DNA of 64,000 bases, taken from contig CAVPQB010000003.1 of assembly GCA_963707505.1 (NCBI GenBank), forward strand, positions 448,001 to 512,000, in the 5' to 3' direction. Positions 53,401-62,858 of the stretch are shown here, in pieces (the first letter of the stretch is position 1; every line of letters begins with the position of its first letter). Below the pieces are notes generated by a model, which worked only from the letters and a program-made list of their open reading frames with translations, had not been told where the DNA came from and did not search any database. The position numbers and the translations under genes are program-made. Source of the DNA: an uncultured Gemmatimonadales bacterium (GTDB taxonomy: Bacteria > Gemmatimonadota > Gemmatimonadetes > Gemmatimonadales > Gemmatimonadaceae).

Positions 53401-53949
53401 AAGGTCAGCGACCTGGGCACATGGACAGGTGAGTCGATGTCATTGTGTTGCGTGATCACGACGATCAAGCGTCAGACGAGCAAGAAGTCGGGCGCGGAAT
53501 TCGCGCGACTCACGATCGAGGATTTTTCCGGGTCGGCGGAAGTGCTCGTCTTTCCCGAGGCGTGGAGCGTGATTCACGACCAGGTGAAGGCGGACGTACC
53601 GGTCGTGATGAAGGGTGGTTATTCGAGGCGTGACGAGGGGGCGGACAACCCGACCTTCATAGTCGAGTCGGTGACCAAGCTTGCGGAGAAGCGGACCAAT
53701 GGGCAGGTAGCGGTGGCGATCGATCTGGCGCCCGGGATGCCGCTGGATCCGACCGTGATGCGGGACGTGCAGGAGGTGGTGCATGCCCATCCGGGAACGG
53801 CTCCGCTGGAGCTGCGATGGAGTGACGGCAACGGCACTGCGGCACGCTGGCGCTCGCGGTCGCTCAAGCTGTCTGCCGACGGCCTGGCGCTCAAGGAATT
53901 GAGATCGCTGCTCGGAGACGAGTGCGTTTCGGTAGTTTTAGGGACATAG
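50455..53949 (+). CDS. dnaE: DNA polymerase III alpha subunit (compensating frameshifts 52230-52400)
   Basis: PHP domain HLHCHSEYSLLDG, GRGSAAGS, MPDIDVDF, KMDFLGL, YGFNKSH, C-terminal OB fold. Confidence 0.98.
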   Translation: MSFVHLHCHSEYSLLDGANRIEDLIARALEFEQPALAITDHGNMHAAWEFQERAKKAGIKPILGMEAYVAPGDRRSRQRIESTRGGTSKSRAYYHLILLAQNATGYKNLVKLSSLGYTEGFYSKPRVDRELLARYSEGIVVSSACMAGEVATHLLAENWDAARETAAWYAELFKDRYYLEVQAHDSGDQALLNERVFKLAGELGLPVVATNDAHFLRHDDHASHDVLLCIGLGKNVSDANRMHYDDGLYFKSADEMRERFPTQGEVLENTLRIAEESGIEFKKKYHVPSFPLPKGVKSENDLLVKLTEQGAHERYGDVLSPEVETRMRYELDVITKTGYAGYFLIVYDFIKAARDMGIPVGPGRGSAAGSLVAYALRITNVCPLKFDLLFERFLNPERVSMPDIDVDFCFERRGEVIDYVRQKYGRDSVGQIITFGTLKSRAAVKDVGRVLGFTPGETDALAKLIPNLPTYSLTVREAVEKIPEVKTLYTTDERYSELLDYAIALEGLSRHAGVHAAGVVIAPGPLDNYVPVCTQSSKGAGSQGDESIVVTQYDMNGLEKAGMLKMDFLGLTTLTIITDAVANVRARGREIRTWTTFRSTTRRRITCSGSARRPECFSSSLRSLPTCAFTEVRSFQRSRRIECADAPGPLDAGMHKVYIRRKRGEEPITYALPELEEFLNDTYGVITYQEQVMRISQKLAGISLAEADVLRKAVGKKDAELIRKELGKFIEKAVALGHDRKIINEIAAQIETFGRYGFNKSHAVAYSIISYQTAWLKTHFPAEFMAALLSSQIGDTDSVVKYINEAREIGLEVLPPDVNESNYKFTVIADKKIRFGLGAIRNVGKSAIESILEARKAGPFTSLFDLCNRVDLRMCNKRVLEAMIHAGALDSLGGHRSQLVAALDTAIREASLAQEDVASGQVSMFGEALGSTSKPAHQTTLPNVAPWPESERLANEKAILGFYTSGHPLEPFRAECELFSTHKVSDLGTWTGESMSLCCVITTIKRQTSKKSGAEFARLTIEDFSGSAEVLVFPEAWSVIHDQVKADVPVVMKGGYSRRDEGADNPTFIVESVTKLAEKRTNGQVAVAIDLAPGMPLDPTVMRDVQEVVHAHPGTAPLELRWSDGNGTAARWRSRSLKLSADGLALKELRSLLGDECVSVVLGT

Positions 53950-53958
53950 GAGGTCCGA

Positions 53959-54932
53959 ATGGCGACTGCAGCAACGACCATGGATTTCGAGAAGCCGATC
54001 GCGGAGCTCGAGCGCAAGATCGACGAGCTCAAGCACGCTCGCGGGCGATCGTGCCGTGAACGTCGACGACGAGATCGTGCTCACTCGAGCGGAAGCTGAG
54101 CGAGCTACGTGGTGACATATACAAGAATCTGACTCCGATTCAGCGCGTGCAGGTCGCGCGCAATGTTCGGCGTCCGTTCATGCTCGACTACGTCGCGCGC
54201 ATCTTCACCGACTTCATAGAGCTGCACGGCGATCGCGCTTTTCGCGACGACGCGGCGATCGTCGGTGGATGGGCGCGACTCGATGGCGAGACGGTGATGC
54301 TGGTCGGACATCAGCGCGGACACGACACCAAGGAAAATCTCAGGCGCAACTTCGGAATGCCGCATCCGGAGGGCTACCGAAAGGCGCTTCGTCTGATGAA
54401 GCTCGCGGAGAAGTTTCACGTTCCGGTCCTCACGTTCATCGACACGCCCGGCGCGTATCCGGGACTCGGTGCTGAAGAGCGCGGCCAGTCCGAGGCGATC
54501 GCGCGCAATCTTCTGGAGATGAGCCAGCTTCAGGTTCCGATCATCGCAACGGTGATCGGCGAGGGTGGCTCTGGTGGCGCGCTCGCGCTCGGCGTCGCGG
54601 ATCGCGTGTTGATGATGGAGAACGCGGTTTACTCTGTCATCACTGTCGAAGGATGTGCCGCGATTCTCTGGAAGGACGGCAAGTCTCCCGAGATGCGCGA
54701 TCGTGCGGCAAACGCGCTTCGCATCACGTCACCCGACCTGCTCGAGATGCGCGTGATCGACGAGATCGTGCCGGAACCGGAGGGTGGGGCGCACGCCAAC
54801 CACGAGGCTGCTGCGCGCTCGCTCGCTGAGGTGCTCAACACCAATCTGGAAGAGTTGCGCAAGCTGCGGCCTGAGCGGTTGGTGAGACGACGCAGGCAGA
54901 AGTATCTAAGGATGGGACAGTGGGCGGAGTAG
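53959..54932 (+). CDS. accA: Acetyl-CoA carboxylase carboxyltransferase alpha (frameshifts 54035-54100)
   Basis: [20 protein letters not shown] start, [36 protein letters not shown]. Confidence 0.96.
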
Positions 54933-54946
54933 TCGAATCGGCGAGA

Positions 54947-55004
54947 TCGTCATTCCCGCGAAAGCGGAATGACGATCCCTGACCCGCTTTCGCGGGAATG
55001 ACGA
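54947..55004. repeat. REP-like inverted doublet
   Basis: TCGTCATTCCCGCGAAAGCGGAATGACGA followed by CCCGCTTTCGCGGGAATGACGA. Confidence 0.85.
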
Positions 55005-55007
55005 AGA

Positions 55008-56112
55008 GTCGCAGCATTCAAGCGTGCGAATCGAAAGGAGTTCTTCGGCTGGGACGGGGAGACGCCGCCGCCTGCTCGCACAGCAGTGATTGTCGAAGCG
55101 GATCGGGGTGAGGATCTGGGTACCGTGCACGCGATCGGCGATCTCGCCGCGCAGCGCAATGCGGGCTGTGCGCACGGTTGCGGCGAGCCGGTGCGAAAGG
55201 CGCTGCGCGTTGCGACAAAGCGCGACGTTCGGCAGAGCGAGTCGCTTCAAAAGGCGAACGACGACGCGCGACAGCGTGCCGCGGACAAGGTGCGCGCTGC
55301 GAATCTTCAGATGAAGATCTCGGACGCCGAGTGGCAGTGGGACAAGAAGAAGCTGACGTTGTATTTCACGGCCGAAAAGCGCGTCGATTTCCGGAATCTC
55401 GTGCGAGATCTGGCAGCGGCATTTCGCACGCGCATCGAGCTCAAGCAGATCGGCGTACGAGACGAGGCCAAGCGACTGGATGGCATTGGACGCTGCGGAC
55501 GCCAGTATTGCTCGGCGGCGTGGCTGCCGGAGCTTCGACCGGTGAATCTTGGTGTCGCCAAGGATCAGCGGCTATCACTCAATCCATCGCAGATATCGGG
55601 CGCCTGCGGGCGGCTCATGTGTTGCCTCCGTTACGAGCACGAGTTCTACGTGGAGACGCGGCGGCGCTTTCCGAAGGAAGGACGGATCGTCACGACGACG
55701 GTGGGCGAGGAGAAGGTTCTGACGGTCGATCTGTTCCGCGAGGCCGTCACGCTGCGGAACGCGGAAGGCGCATTGCGAACGATTCCGCTGGAAGCGTTCA
55801 ATGCGGAAGTTGCTGGTCGTCCGACACCAACGCTGGCGCCGTGCGAGGACGATACCGACGAGTCGTCGGACGAGATCTCGCCGGAGCTGATGTACACGTC
55901 CGAGTTCGCCATTCCGGAGCCGCGACTGGTCATTCTTACCGAAACGGTGGAGACCGAGGCAGCTCCGCCCGTGCAGACACGGAAGCCGGAGCGTCGCAGG
56001 CGTGGCAGGCGTCGGCGGAAGCGGCAGCGGCGGAAGTGGCGATGGTGGGAGCGCTAACGGCTCCGGTCCACCCAGGCCGAACGACCGAAAGGGGCCAGCG
56101 AAGGAAGACTGA
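55008..56112 (+). CDS. ricT: RicT/YaaT (PSP1 C-terminal domain) Fe-S protein; start unclear, frameshift near 56010
   Basis: [55 protein letters not shown]. Homology extends upstream to [11 protein letters not shown]. Confidence 0.88.
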
Positions 56113-56153
56113 CTGATCGAGTCACGTTTTTGACAGCTGTTATAAATTGCGAC

Positions 56154-57702
56154 GTGCCCAAAAAGTATTATATCACCACCGCGATCGACTACGCCAACGG
56201 CGACCCGCACCTGGGGCACGCCTTCGAGAAGATCGGCGCTGACGTCCTGGCCCGGTACCACCGCCTTCGTGGCGAGAAGGTGCTGTTCGTCACCGGAATG
56301 GACGAGCACGGTCAGAAGGTCGCGCAGTCCGCGGCCAAGGAAGGCCGGACGTCCGCAGGCACAGGTCGATGAGATCGCACGCAGATTTCAGGAAGCGTGG
56401 GCCGCGCTCGGAATCTCGTACGATCGCTTCGTGCGTACCACTAGCGAACAGCACAAGATCGGCGTCCGTGCGCTGATCGAGCGCATCTTCGAGCGTGCGC
56501 CGGATAACTTCTACACCAAGACCTACGCCGGCTGGTATTGCGTCGGTTGCGAGGCGTTCAAGACCGAAGAAGAGATCGTCGACGGCAAGTGCGTGCTGCA
56601 TCCAACACGCACGCTCGAATGGGTCGAGGAACGCAACTGGTTCTTCCGGCTGAGCGCGTACGCAGATCGACTGCGGACACTTGATTGCGAGCGGAAATTT
56701 TCTGCAGCCGCGAAGCCGCGCGAACGAGATACTGTCGCTCATCGATCAGGGACTGGAAGATGTGTCCGCCAGTCGCGCGCGCGCGGGATGGGGAGTTCCC
56801 TTCCCTCGCGACACCGGCGATGGCGAGCCGCAGACGACGTACGTGTGGTTCGACGCGCTTCCGAACTACATCACGGCTGTGGGTTTCCCGGATACCAGCG
56901 GCGAGTTCGCGAAGTGGTGGCCGGCGCGACGTGCACGTGATCGGCAAGGACATCACGCGCTTCCACGCGCTCATCTGGCCGGCGATGCTGATCGCGGCGG
57001 AGCTTGCCGTTACCAAAGCTGGTGTGGGCGCACGGCTTCGTGCTGCTCGGCGGCGACCGGTTCAGCAAGTCCGCCGGCGTCACGCTCGATCTGCAGGATG
57101 CGGTGACGCGGTTCGGCGCTGACCCGTTCCGGTACTTCCTGATGCGCGAGGTTCCGTTCGACGCCGACGGAAACTTTTCGTGGGAGCGATTCGAGGAGCG
57201 TTACAACGCCGATCTCGCAAATGCGTGGGGCAATCTCGCCAGCCGCACTATCGCGATGATAGAGAAGTATCGCGGCGCGATAGTTCCAGTCGCGGAGGTG
57301 AACGAGCTGGATGCAGTGGATGCAGCCGACATGGCCGCGTATGACGCCGCGATGCAGGACAATCTTCCCAATCGCGCGCTCGAGTACATCTGGGCAACTG
57401 TCGCCCGCGGGAACGAGTACGTTGATCGGCAGGCGCCCTGGAAGCTCGCAAAGGATCCGACAAGGCAGGATGAGCTGGACGCGACGCTGGCGGCGCTGGT
57501 GAGGCAATTGACGCGGCAGGCGATCGCTTTGTCGCCGTTCATGCCTGGACGATGCGCGGAGCTCCTGTCGCAGTTGGGCGCCCCGGCGGATTTCCTCGCG
57601 ACACCCGGGAGATTGGGCGACGGCGGGGTTACGACGTTCGAGGTGACAGGTTGGCGCGTGGCGAAAGGCGCGTCGTTGTTTCCGAAGAAGGAAATCGCGT
57701 AA
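56154..57702 (+). CDS. metG: Methionyl-tRNA synthetase, short form without C-terminal tRNA-binding domain (several frameshifts)
   Basis: [49 protein letters not shown]-equivalent [16 protein letters not shown]. Confidence 0.95.
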
Positions 57703-57729
57703 AGGCCCGCCACGCGTCAAATAGGGTCG

Positions 57730-59823
57730 TCATCGTAAATACCGTTCCAGAAACGCCGCCGTCGCTTCGTACGATTGAATCCAGTGCGAATGCAGAAGCC
57801 ATTCGTGCGTTTCGTCAGGGTAGATCAGCGTTTCGACGTGCACACCATGGTTGCGCAGGTCTTCGGTCAATTGCACGGTCTGCATGAAGTCCACGTTGCG
57901 GTCGTCGTCGCCCTGGATTAGCAACACGGGAGCGCGCCAGTGCGACAGATCGCTCATCGGCGACGACGCGTACGCGAGGCGGCGTGCCTTCATCTCGCGA
58001 TCTTCGTCCCACGTGTCTTCCATCCTGCTCCACTCCAGATTCCAGTCGTGCACGCCGGCGAAATCGACGCCGACCTTGTAGTCAGCCGGATCGCGCGCGA
58101 GCGACAGGGCGGTCATGTAGCCGCCATACGAACCTCCCCAAACACCGATGCGCGCGGGATCGACTTCGCTTCGCGCGCGTAGATAGTGCGCAGCGGCGAT
58201 TGCGTCGTGCGCCTCGGCGCCGCCGCCCGGCCCATAGTCGAGCGCTTCGCGGAAATCGAGTCCGTAACCAATTCCGCTGCGGTAGTTCACCGAAAGTACG
58301 ACGTAGCCCCGACTCACGAGGTACTGATTCAGTCCGTACGCGTTGTGGTAATAGCCCATCGGATTGAAGCCGAGCAGCATCTGACGCTGGGAGCCGCCGT
58401 GGTAGAAGACCACGGCCGGATGTCGCTTGCCGTCGCGTGCAGTGGACGGAAGAAAGAGCTGTCCGTGCAACAGCAGACCATCGGTGGATCGGAACGTGAC
58501 CTGCTGCGGAGTGACGAGCTGTGCGGAGGGGAAATCTGGCGGGATCGTGGTTGGGGCGAGATCAGCGATCGCACCGCGTTCCCGCAACATCGCCGGGCGC
58601 GCGGGCGTCGTCGCTCCTGAGTGAAGCAGCGCAACACCGCCCTGCACCGCCGCTGGCGCCCACTCGATGCCGCTACCGGATGTCAGGGGTGTCGGGACAC
58701 CGCCACCTGTAGGCACTGACCAGATGTGCAACAAATCGATACGGTTCCCTTCATTCGCGACGTACACTATGCTGTGTCCATCGAGTCCGGAAGTCGCGGA
58801 CACCACTTCGCGCTCGCCGGTTGTAAGCGCGACTGGCGCTCCGGCGGTGGAACCAGCGGATATCGAGTAGATCCTGTTCCAGCCTCCGGACTCCCAAGGG
58901 AACGCGATGCGACTGTCGGCGGTCCAGATGAGCTGGTCGCGTGAATCGGTGCGACGGAACATGCTTCCTGGGCCGGACGTGGCGCGCCAGAGCTCGCGCG
59001 CCGTACCCGTCGCCGGATCCGCGACGAGGATGGACCAGGGCTGCCCTGCGCGCCTTAACGCGTGCTGTGGCTGCCGCGTGAGCGTTGGCTGCCTGATGAA
59101 AGCGACAGCGCGTCCGTTCGGCGACCAGACGGGATAGCCGTCATCATCCACAGACGGATCCATGTAGCGAAGCGTCGAATCGCGTACGTTGAAGACGCCA
59201 ATAAACGAGTGATCGGCGCGAGCGCTCGTGAACGCTATCTCCGAACCGTCGGGCGACCATCTGACGTTTCCATCGCGGCCGCGTCCGACGAACAGACGCC
59301 TTTCGTGGGCACCGCTATCGAGCGCCACCGTGTAGATCACGCCGCCTCGCGTAAAAGCCACGATCTTCCCGTCCGGTGACGGCTCCGGCGCAGCGCCCTC
59401 GGCGAGCGTGCGCGGTGCGCCGCCATCGACACGAGCGAGCATCACGAGCTGGCTGCGGCCCTTCGCATCGAGTGCGGGGTTTGGATATTCACCGCGATCA
59501 TTCCTGCCCGATCCGCGTACGAACACGACGCCGCTTCCGTCAGCGAGCCAGCGTGGCGAGCTCATCTCCCAGCCGTCGTCGGCAGTGTATGGCGTGATTG
59601 CACGCGCACGCCAGTCCGGCGCGCGCGCGATCCAGAGATTGTTGGGGCCTGCCTGATCGAAGACCCAGGCGACCGCGTCTCCACGGGGCGACGCAACCAG
59701 GTCTGTCGGAAACGGCGCGCTCAGTATCTGCGGGATTGTGAACGAGGACGTGGTTGCCTGCGCATCGAGGACGCACGCCGCGAGAGATGCGAATGCGAAG
59801 ACAGTGAGTGGGAGTTTGCGCAT
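57730..59823 (-). CDS. Exported S9 (prolyl oligopeptidase/DPP) family serine peptidase with PD40 propeller
   Basis: Signal peptide, WSPDG repeats, HGG, nucleophile GGSYGG, QGDDDRNV, YPDETH. Confidence 0.94.
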   Translation of the reverse strand: MRKLPLTVFAFASLAACVLDAQATTSSFTIPQILSAPFPTDLVASPRGDAVAWVFDQAGPNNLWIARAPDWRARAITPYTADDGWEMSSPRWLADGSGVVFVRGSGRNDRGEYPNPALDAKGRSQLVMLARVDGGAPRTLAEGAAPEPSPDGKIVAFTRGGVIYTVALDSGAHERRLFVGRGRDGNVRWSPDGSEIAFTSARADHSFIGVFNVRDSTLRYMDPSVDDDGYPVWSPNGRAVAFIRQPTLTRQPQHALRRAGQPWSILVADPATGTARELWRATSGPGSMFRRTDSRDQLIWTADSRIAFPWESGGWNRIYSISAGSTAGAPVALTTGEREVVSATSGLDGHSIVYVANEGNRIDLLHIWSVPTGGGVPTPLTSGSGIEWAPAAVQGGVALLHSGATTPARPAMLRERGAIADLAPTTIPPDFPSAQLVTPQQVTFRSTDGLLLHGQLFLPSTARDGKRHPAVVFYHGGSQRQMLLGFNPMGYYHNAYGLNQYLVSRGYVVLSVNYRSGIGYGLDFREALDYGPGGGAEAHDAIAAAHYLRARSEVDPARIGVWGGSYGGYMTALSLARDPADYKVGVDFAGVHDWNLEWSRMEDTWDEDREMKARRLAYASSPMSDLSHWRAPVLLIQGDDDRNVDFMQTVQLTEDLRNHGVHVETLIYPDETHEWLLHSHWIQSYEATAAFLERYLR

Positions 59824-59824
59824 G

Positions 59825-60793
59825 TCAGTGAGCCGCCATCGCGTGCTGGTACACGATGTGCGACACGTCGGCTATGAGTGAATCGGCAACGGACTCCTTC
59901 TCGATGCCTTTGGTGAGCACCACGAGGACGTACGGAGAACGACCGCGCGGATACACGATCGCCGCGTCGTGTGCTATTGCAGTGATGTCCCCCGTCTTGT
60001 GCGCTACCCGTGTGCCGGGCGGGAGTCCGGCGGGGATCTTCTCGTTGAATTGTTGAGCGAGGAGAATGTCGCGCATGGCGTCCGTGGATGCCGGCGATGC
60101 AGCCTTTCCGGTCTCGATATCTCTCAGAAGTATCGCGAGATCGCGAGCCGTCGCCATGTTGTTGAGTCCCTTTTCGAACGCCTTCTCGTCCTCCACGCCG
60201 CGAAGAACCAGCATGCGTCGAGCGCCGAGCGAGCGCATCATGGCGTTCACGCTATCGGGGTTGGCGAGAGCGATGAGTGTGTTGGTTGCGAGGTTGCTCG
60301 ATCGCGTGATCATGTGCTGGATGAGATCTCGTATCGTTACGGAATCGCCAACCAGCTTGTACATCGCGCTGTCGCTATCGACAGCTGGATCCTGCACGTA
60401 CGGTGAGCCGTCGACTATCGACGTGAATCGATTCACGACCAGGATGCGTTGGTCGAGCGAGAGACGACCTGCGTCCGATTCGCGAAAGAGCCGCATCATC
60501 ACCGGAACCTTCATCGTGCTGGCGGCGTGCATGAGGCTGTCGGCGTTGATGAAGAGTGTATCGCCGGTGGCGAGATCGATGTACGCGACGCCGACGAGGG
60601 CGCCGGGGGCGCGGGCGACGCGGGCTTCGATCTGACGTTGTAGTCCTGCCCTCGGCAACGCGCTCGCGGGTGGATATCTGCATGCGCTGACGGTCACGAG
60701 TGCGCAGGTTGCTGCAAGCCGCAGCGTCGCCGGAATCTCAGGGACGCGTGGGCGCGTACCGCAGATGTTTCGTGCTAGGGATGTGTTCCACAT
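59825..60793 (-). CDS. Class A beta-lactamase-like serine hydrolase, probable lipoprotein (start uncertain)
   Basis: SxxK (ASTMK), SxN (SSN), KTG (AHKTG), lipobox-like VSAC. Confidence 0.88.
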   Translation of the reverse strand: MWNTSLARNICGTRPRVPEIPATLRLAATCALVTVSACRYPPASALPRAGLQRQIEARVARAPGALVGVAYIDLATGDTLFINADSLMHAASTMKVPVMMRLFRESDAGRLSLDQRILVVNRFTSIVDGSPYVQDPAVDSDSAMYKLVGDSVTIRDLIQHMITRSSNLATNTLIALANPDSVNAMMRSLGARRMLVLRGVEDEKAFEKGLNNMATARDLAILLRDIETGKAASPASTDAMRDILLAQQFNEKIPAGLPPGTRVAHKTGDITAIAHDAAIVYPRGRSPYVLVVLTKGIEKESVADSLIADVSHIVYQHAMAAH

Positions 60794-60841
60794 TTTGCAA
60801 CCCAGTGCCGGATTAGTAGGTTGCGAAAATATACGCCCGTG

Positions 60842-60875
60842 CATCCGATCAGCGCGACGTCGCGCTGATCGGATG
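60842..60875. other. Perfect 34-bp intergenic palindrome
   Basis: CATCCGATCAGCGCGAC/GTCGCGCTGATCGGATG with no U-tract. Confidence 0.75.
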
Positions 60876-60904
60876 GCTTCCCCGGGCAGCTCGGACGCAG
60901 AGTG

Positions 60905-61369
60905 CTAGTTCTTGGTGATCACCTGTATGACGCCGCCCATGTGGCCGCTGCCGAACTTGTACTGCGCATCGTATGACTGGAAAAAGCGAATCTCCATTAC
61001 GTCCTGAGCGGTGATCTCGCGCAACGCGTTGACGTCACTCGAGTAGTAGGTGTCATCCACAAATACGTGGACAGGGATCGGCGGGACGTTGGGGTTCTGG
61101 GACTCGCGGCCGCGACTGTGCAGGAAGTTCGCGTGCGTCTGAGCCACTATGTCGTAAGCGTCCGCCACGCGCAGCTGCCCAATCTGGTCTTCGGTGACCA
61201 CCATCGGGTCACCGCCGGGCGCTACGGCCGTGTTGGAATGGGTGCATCCTGCAACGGCAACGACGAGGGCAAGGAGGATGCGGGCGGCGTTGAAGCGCCG
61301 TGCTGGCCCAGCAGCCAGAGGTGTGGAAGCCATTGGAGACTCCGAAGTTGGTGCCGGCTCGTCCGACAT
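60905..61369 (-). CDS. Stand-alone TonB-dependent-receptor plug-domain lipoprotein
   Basis: Lipobox VAGC; VVTEDQI...AYDIV...VFVDD...LREITAQDVMEIRF...AQYKFGSGHMGGVIQVITK matches the plug consensus; TAG right after, no barrel. Start may be 61333. Confidence 0.8.
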   Translation of the reverse strand: MSDEPAPTSESPMASTPLAAGPARRFNAARILLALVVAVAGCTHSNTAVAPGGDPMVVTEDQIGQLRVADAYDIVAQTHANFLHSRGRESQNPNVPPIPVHVFVDDTYYSSDVNALREITAQDVMEIRFFQSYDAQYKFGSGHMGGVIQVITKN

Positions 61370-61392
61370 GGTCCGGCGTTATGTGTTACAGC

Positions 61393-61422
61393 ACAAAGGG
61401 GGCCCGTCAGGGCCCCCTTTGT
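61393..61422 (-). terminator. Intrinsic terminator after susD2
   Basis: ACAAAGGGGGCCC-GTCA-GGGCCCCCTTTGT, 13-bp stem. Confidence 0.8.
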
Positions 61423-61452
61423 TTTCTCACAACGTCCGAAAGGACACTGTTG

Positions 61453-62839
61453 TTACGGCACAGGAGTGATGTTGCCGTTGCGAGCGTTCGTTTCGTTCAG
61501 GGTGATGGGGAGGCTCTGTACGAGCGGGTCCGCCGCACCCTTGTTTGGCATGCCAGCCTGCGTAACGTACGCGAGGTTGAACATCTTGTACTCCCTGAGC
61601 GCTACGATGTGCTGCGGACCGAAGTACGTGAATGTGTAACGCAACTCGTACAGCAGCGCATTGATGGCATCCGACGCAGTCGTGAACGTCGAGTATGCCG
61701 GAAGACCACCTTCCACCGTGTGCACGGCGTTGATGTCGTTCGTCGCGCCGACAAGATCGCCCGTCGCGATCTCCGCCTGTGCACGAAGCAGGATCAACTC
61801 AGCGTTGCGTACGATCGGAATCGGCGCCGACTGGAGGCGCGGCGTTGTTCGGATCGGTCAGCTTCAGACGATGCGACGCGGTGAATCCTGCGACCGTCGG
61901 AGCGGACGCCGGAATAACGTTAGCTGCACGTATGTCGCCGGGCATGAAGGAATTCACAAAGTTATCCGTGACCAGCGAGGACGAGCCCTGCTGCGGATTC
62001 GCCGCACTCTCAGGCGACGATGGATTGTACTGGTACCATGGCCCAGTCTGGAGGTACGCCTCTGTCATTGGTGACGGCGCGCCAGCGAGCGCAATGTTCA
62101 GCGCAGTGACCGCCGCCGCCGCACTAGCCGCGTTCGGCGCAACCGGATCCAGCGCGCGCATGACCTCGACCCGTCCTTTCAGACCACGATTGAGCAGGAT
62201 GAGGTTGGCGGTCTGGCTGTAATCTCCGTGGAGCGAATAACCGGACGGCAAAGTGAACGGTACCGTGCTCGATCCCGCCTTCAGATCCACCAGCGCCGAG
62301 TCGAGCAGCGCGGACGTGTAGGCGAGTACGGACGCCTTCGTCTTGATGGGATCCTGTACGGTCGCGTCCGGCCCCTGGATTACGACGCCATTCTGATCGC
62401 GGTACTCGATCAGCCGGATGTAGGAGAGCGCGTCCAGCGTACGAACGAAGCCGCGCGCAGCGCCCTGATCAGCCGCACTGAGCGACGTGAACGATGCGTC
62501 CTTGAGCAGCATCTGCGACGCGCGAAGCATCTGGTAGTAGCCAGTCCACTGCGAGCCACCGATGAAATCGCTGGGATCAGGCGGTGTCACGTAAAACTCC
62601 GTGACGAAGCGGCTTTCATTGGCTGTAGGAACGATGGCATCGCGCGCCATGATCCCTCCCCAAAGAAGATAGCCGCCGTAGTTCACGCGATCCTGCGCTG
62701 TGATACCTGTGAGCAGGGACTGCAGCGTCTGCTGCGATCCTGCCACGACGTTGTCCCGGCTCGGTGCTGCCGGATTATCCTGGCAGGCACCCGCCAGCAC
62801 AAGAGTGCTGGTGAGTGCCGCCGCGATGTATTTCTTCAT
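61453..62839 (-). CDS. SusD/RagB-family lipoprotein 2 (frameshift near 61800-61830)
   Basis: Lipobox AGAC; PIVRNAELILLRAQA...INAV...LLYELRY...LPITLNE. Confidence 0.88.
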
Positions 62840-62858
62840 GTAAGTGCGTTCCCCGAGA

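Noticed and set aside
59825..60793. Bona fide antibiotic-resistance beta-lactamase
   Set aside because: SxxK/SxN/KTG motifs are shared with many non-resistance serine hydrolases, the omega-loop region is atypical, and there is no mobile context; needs an assay.
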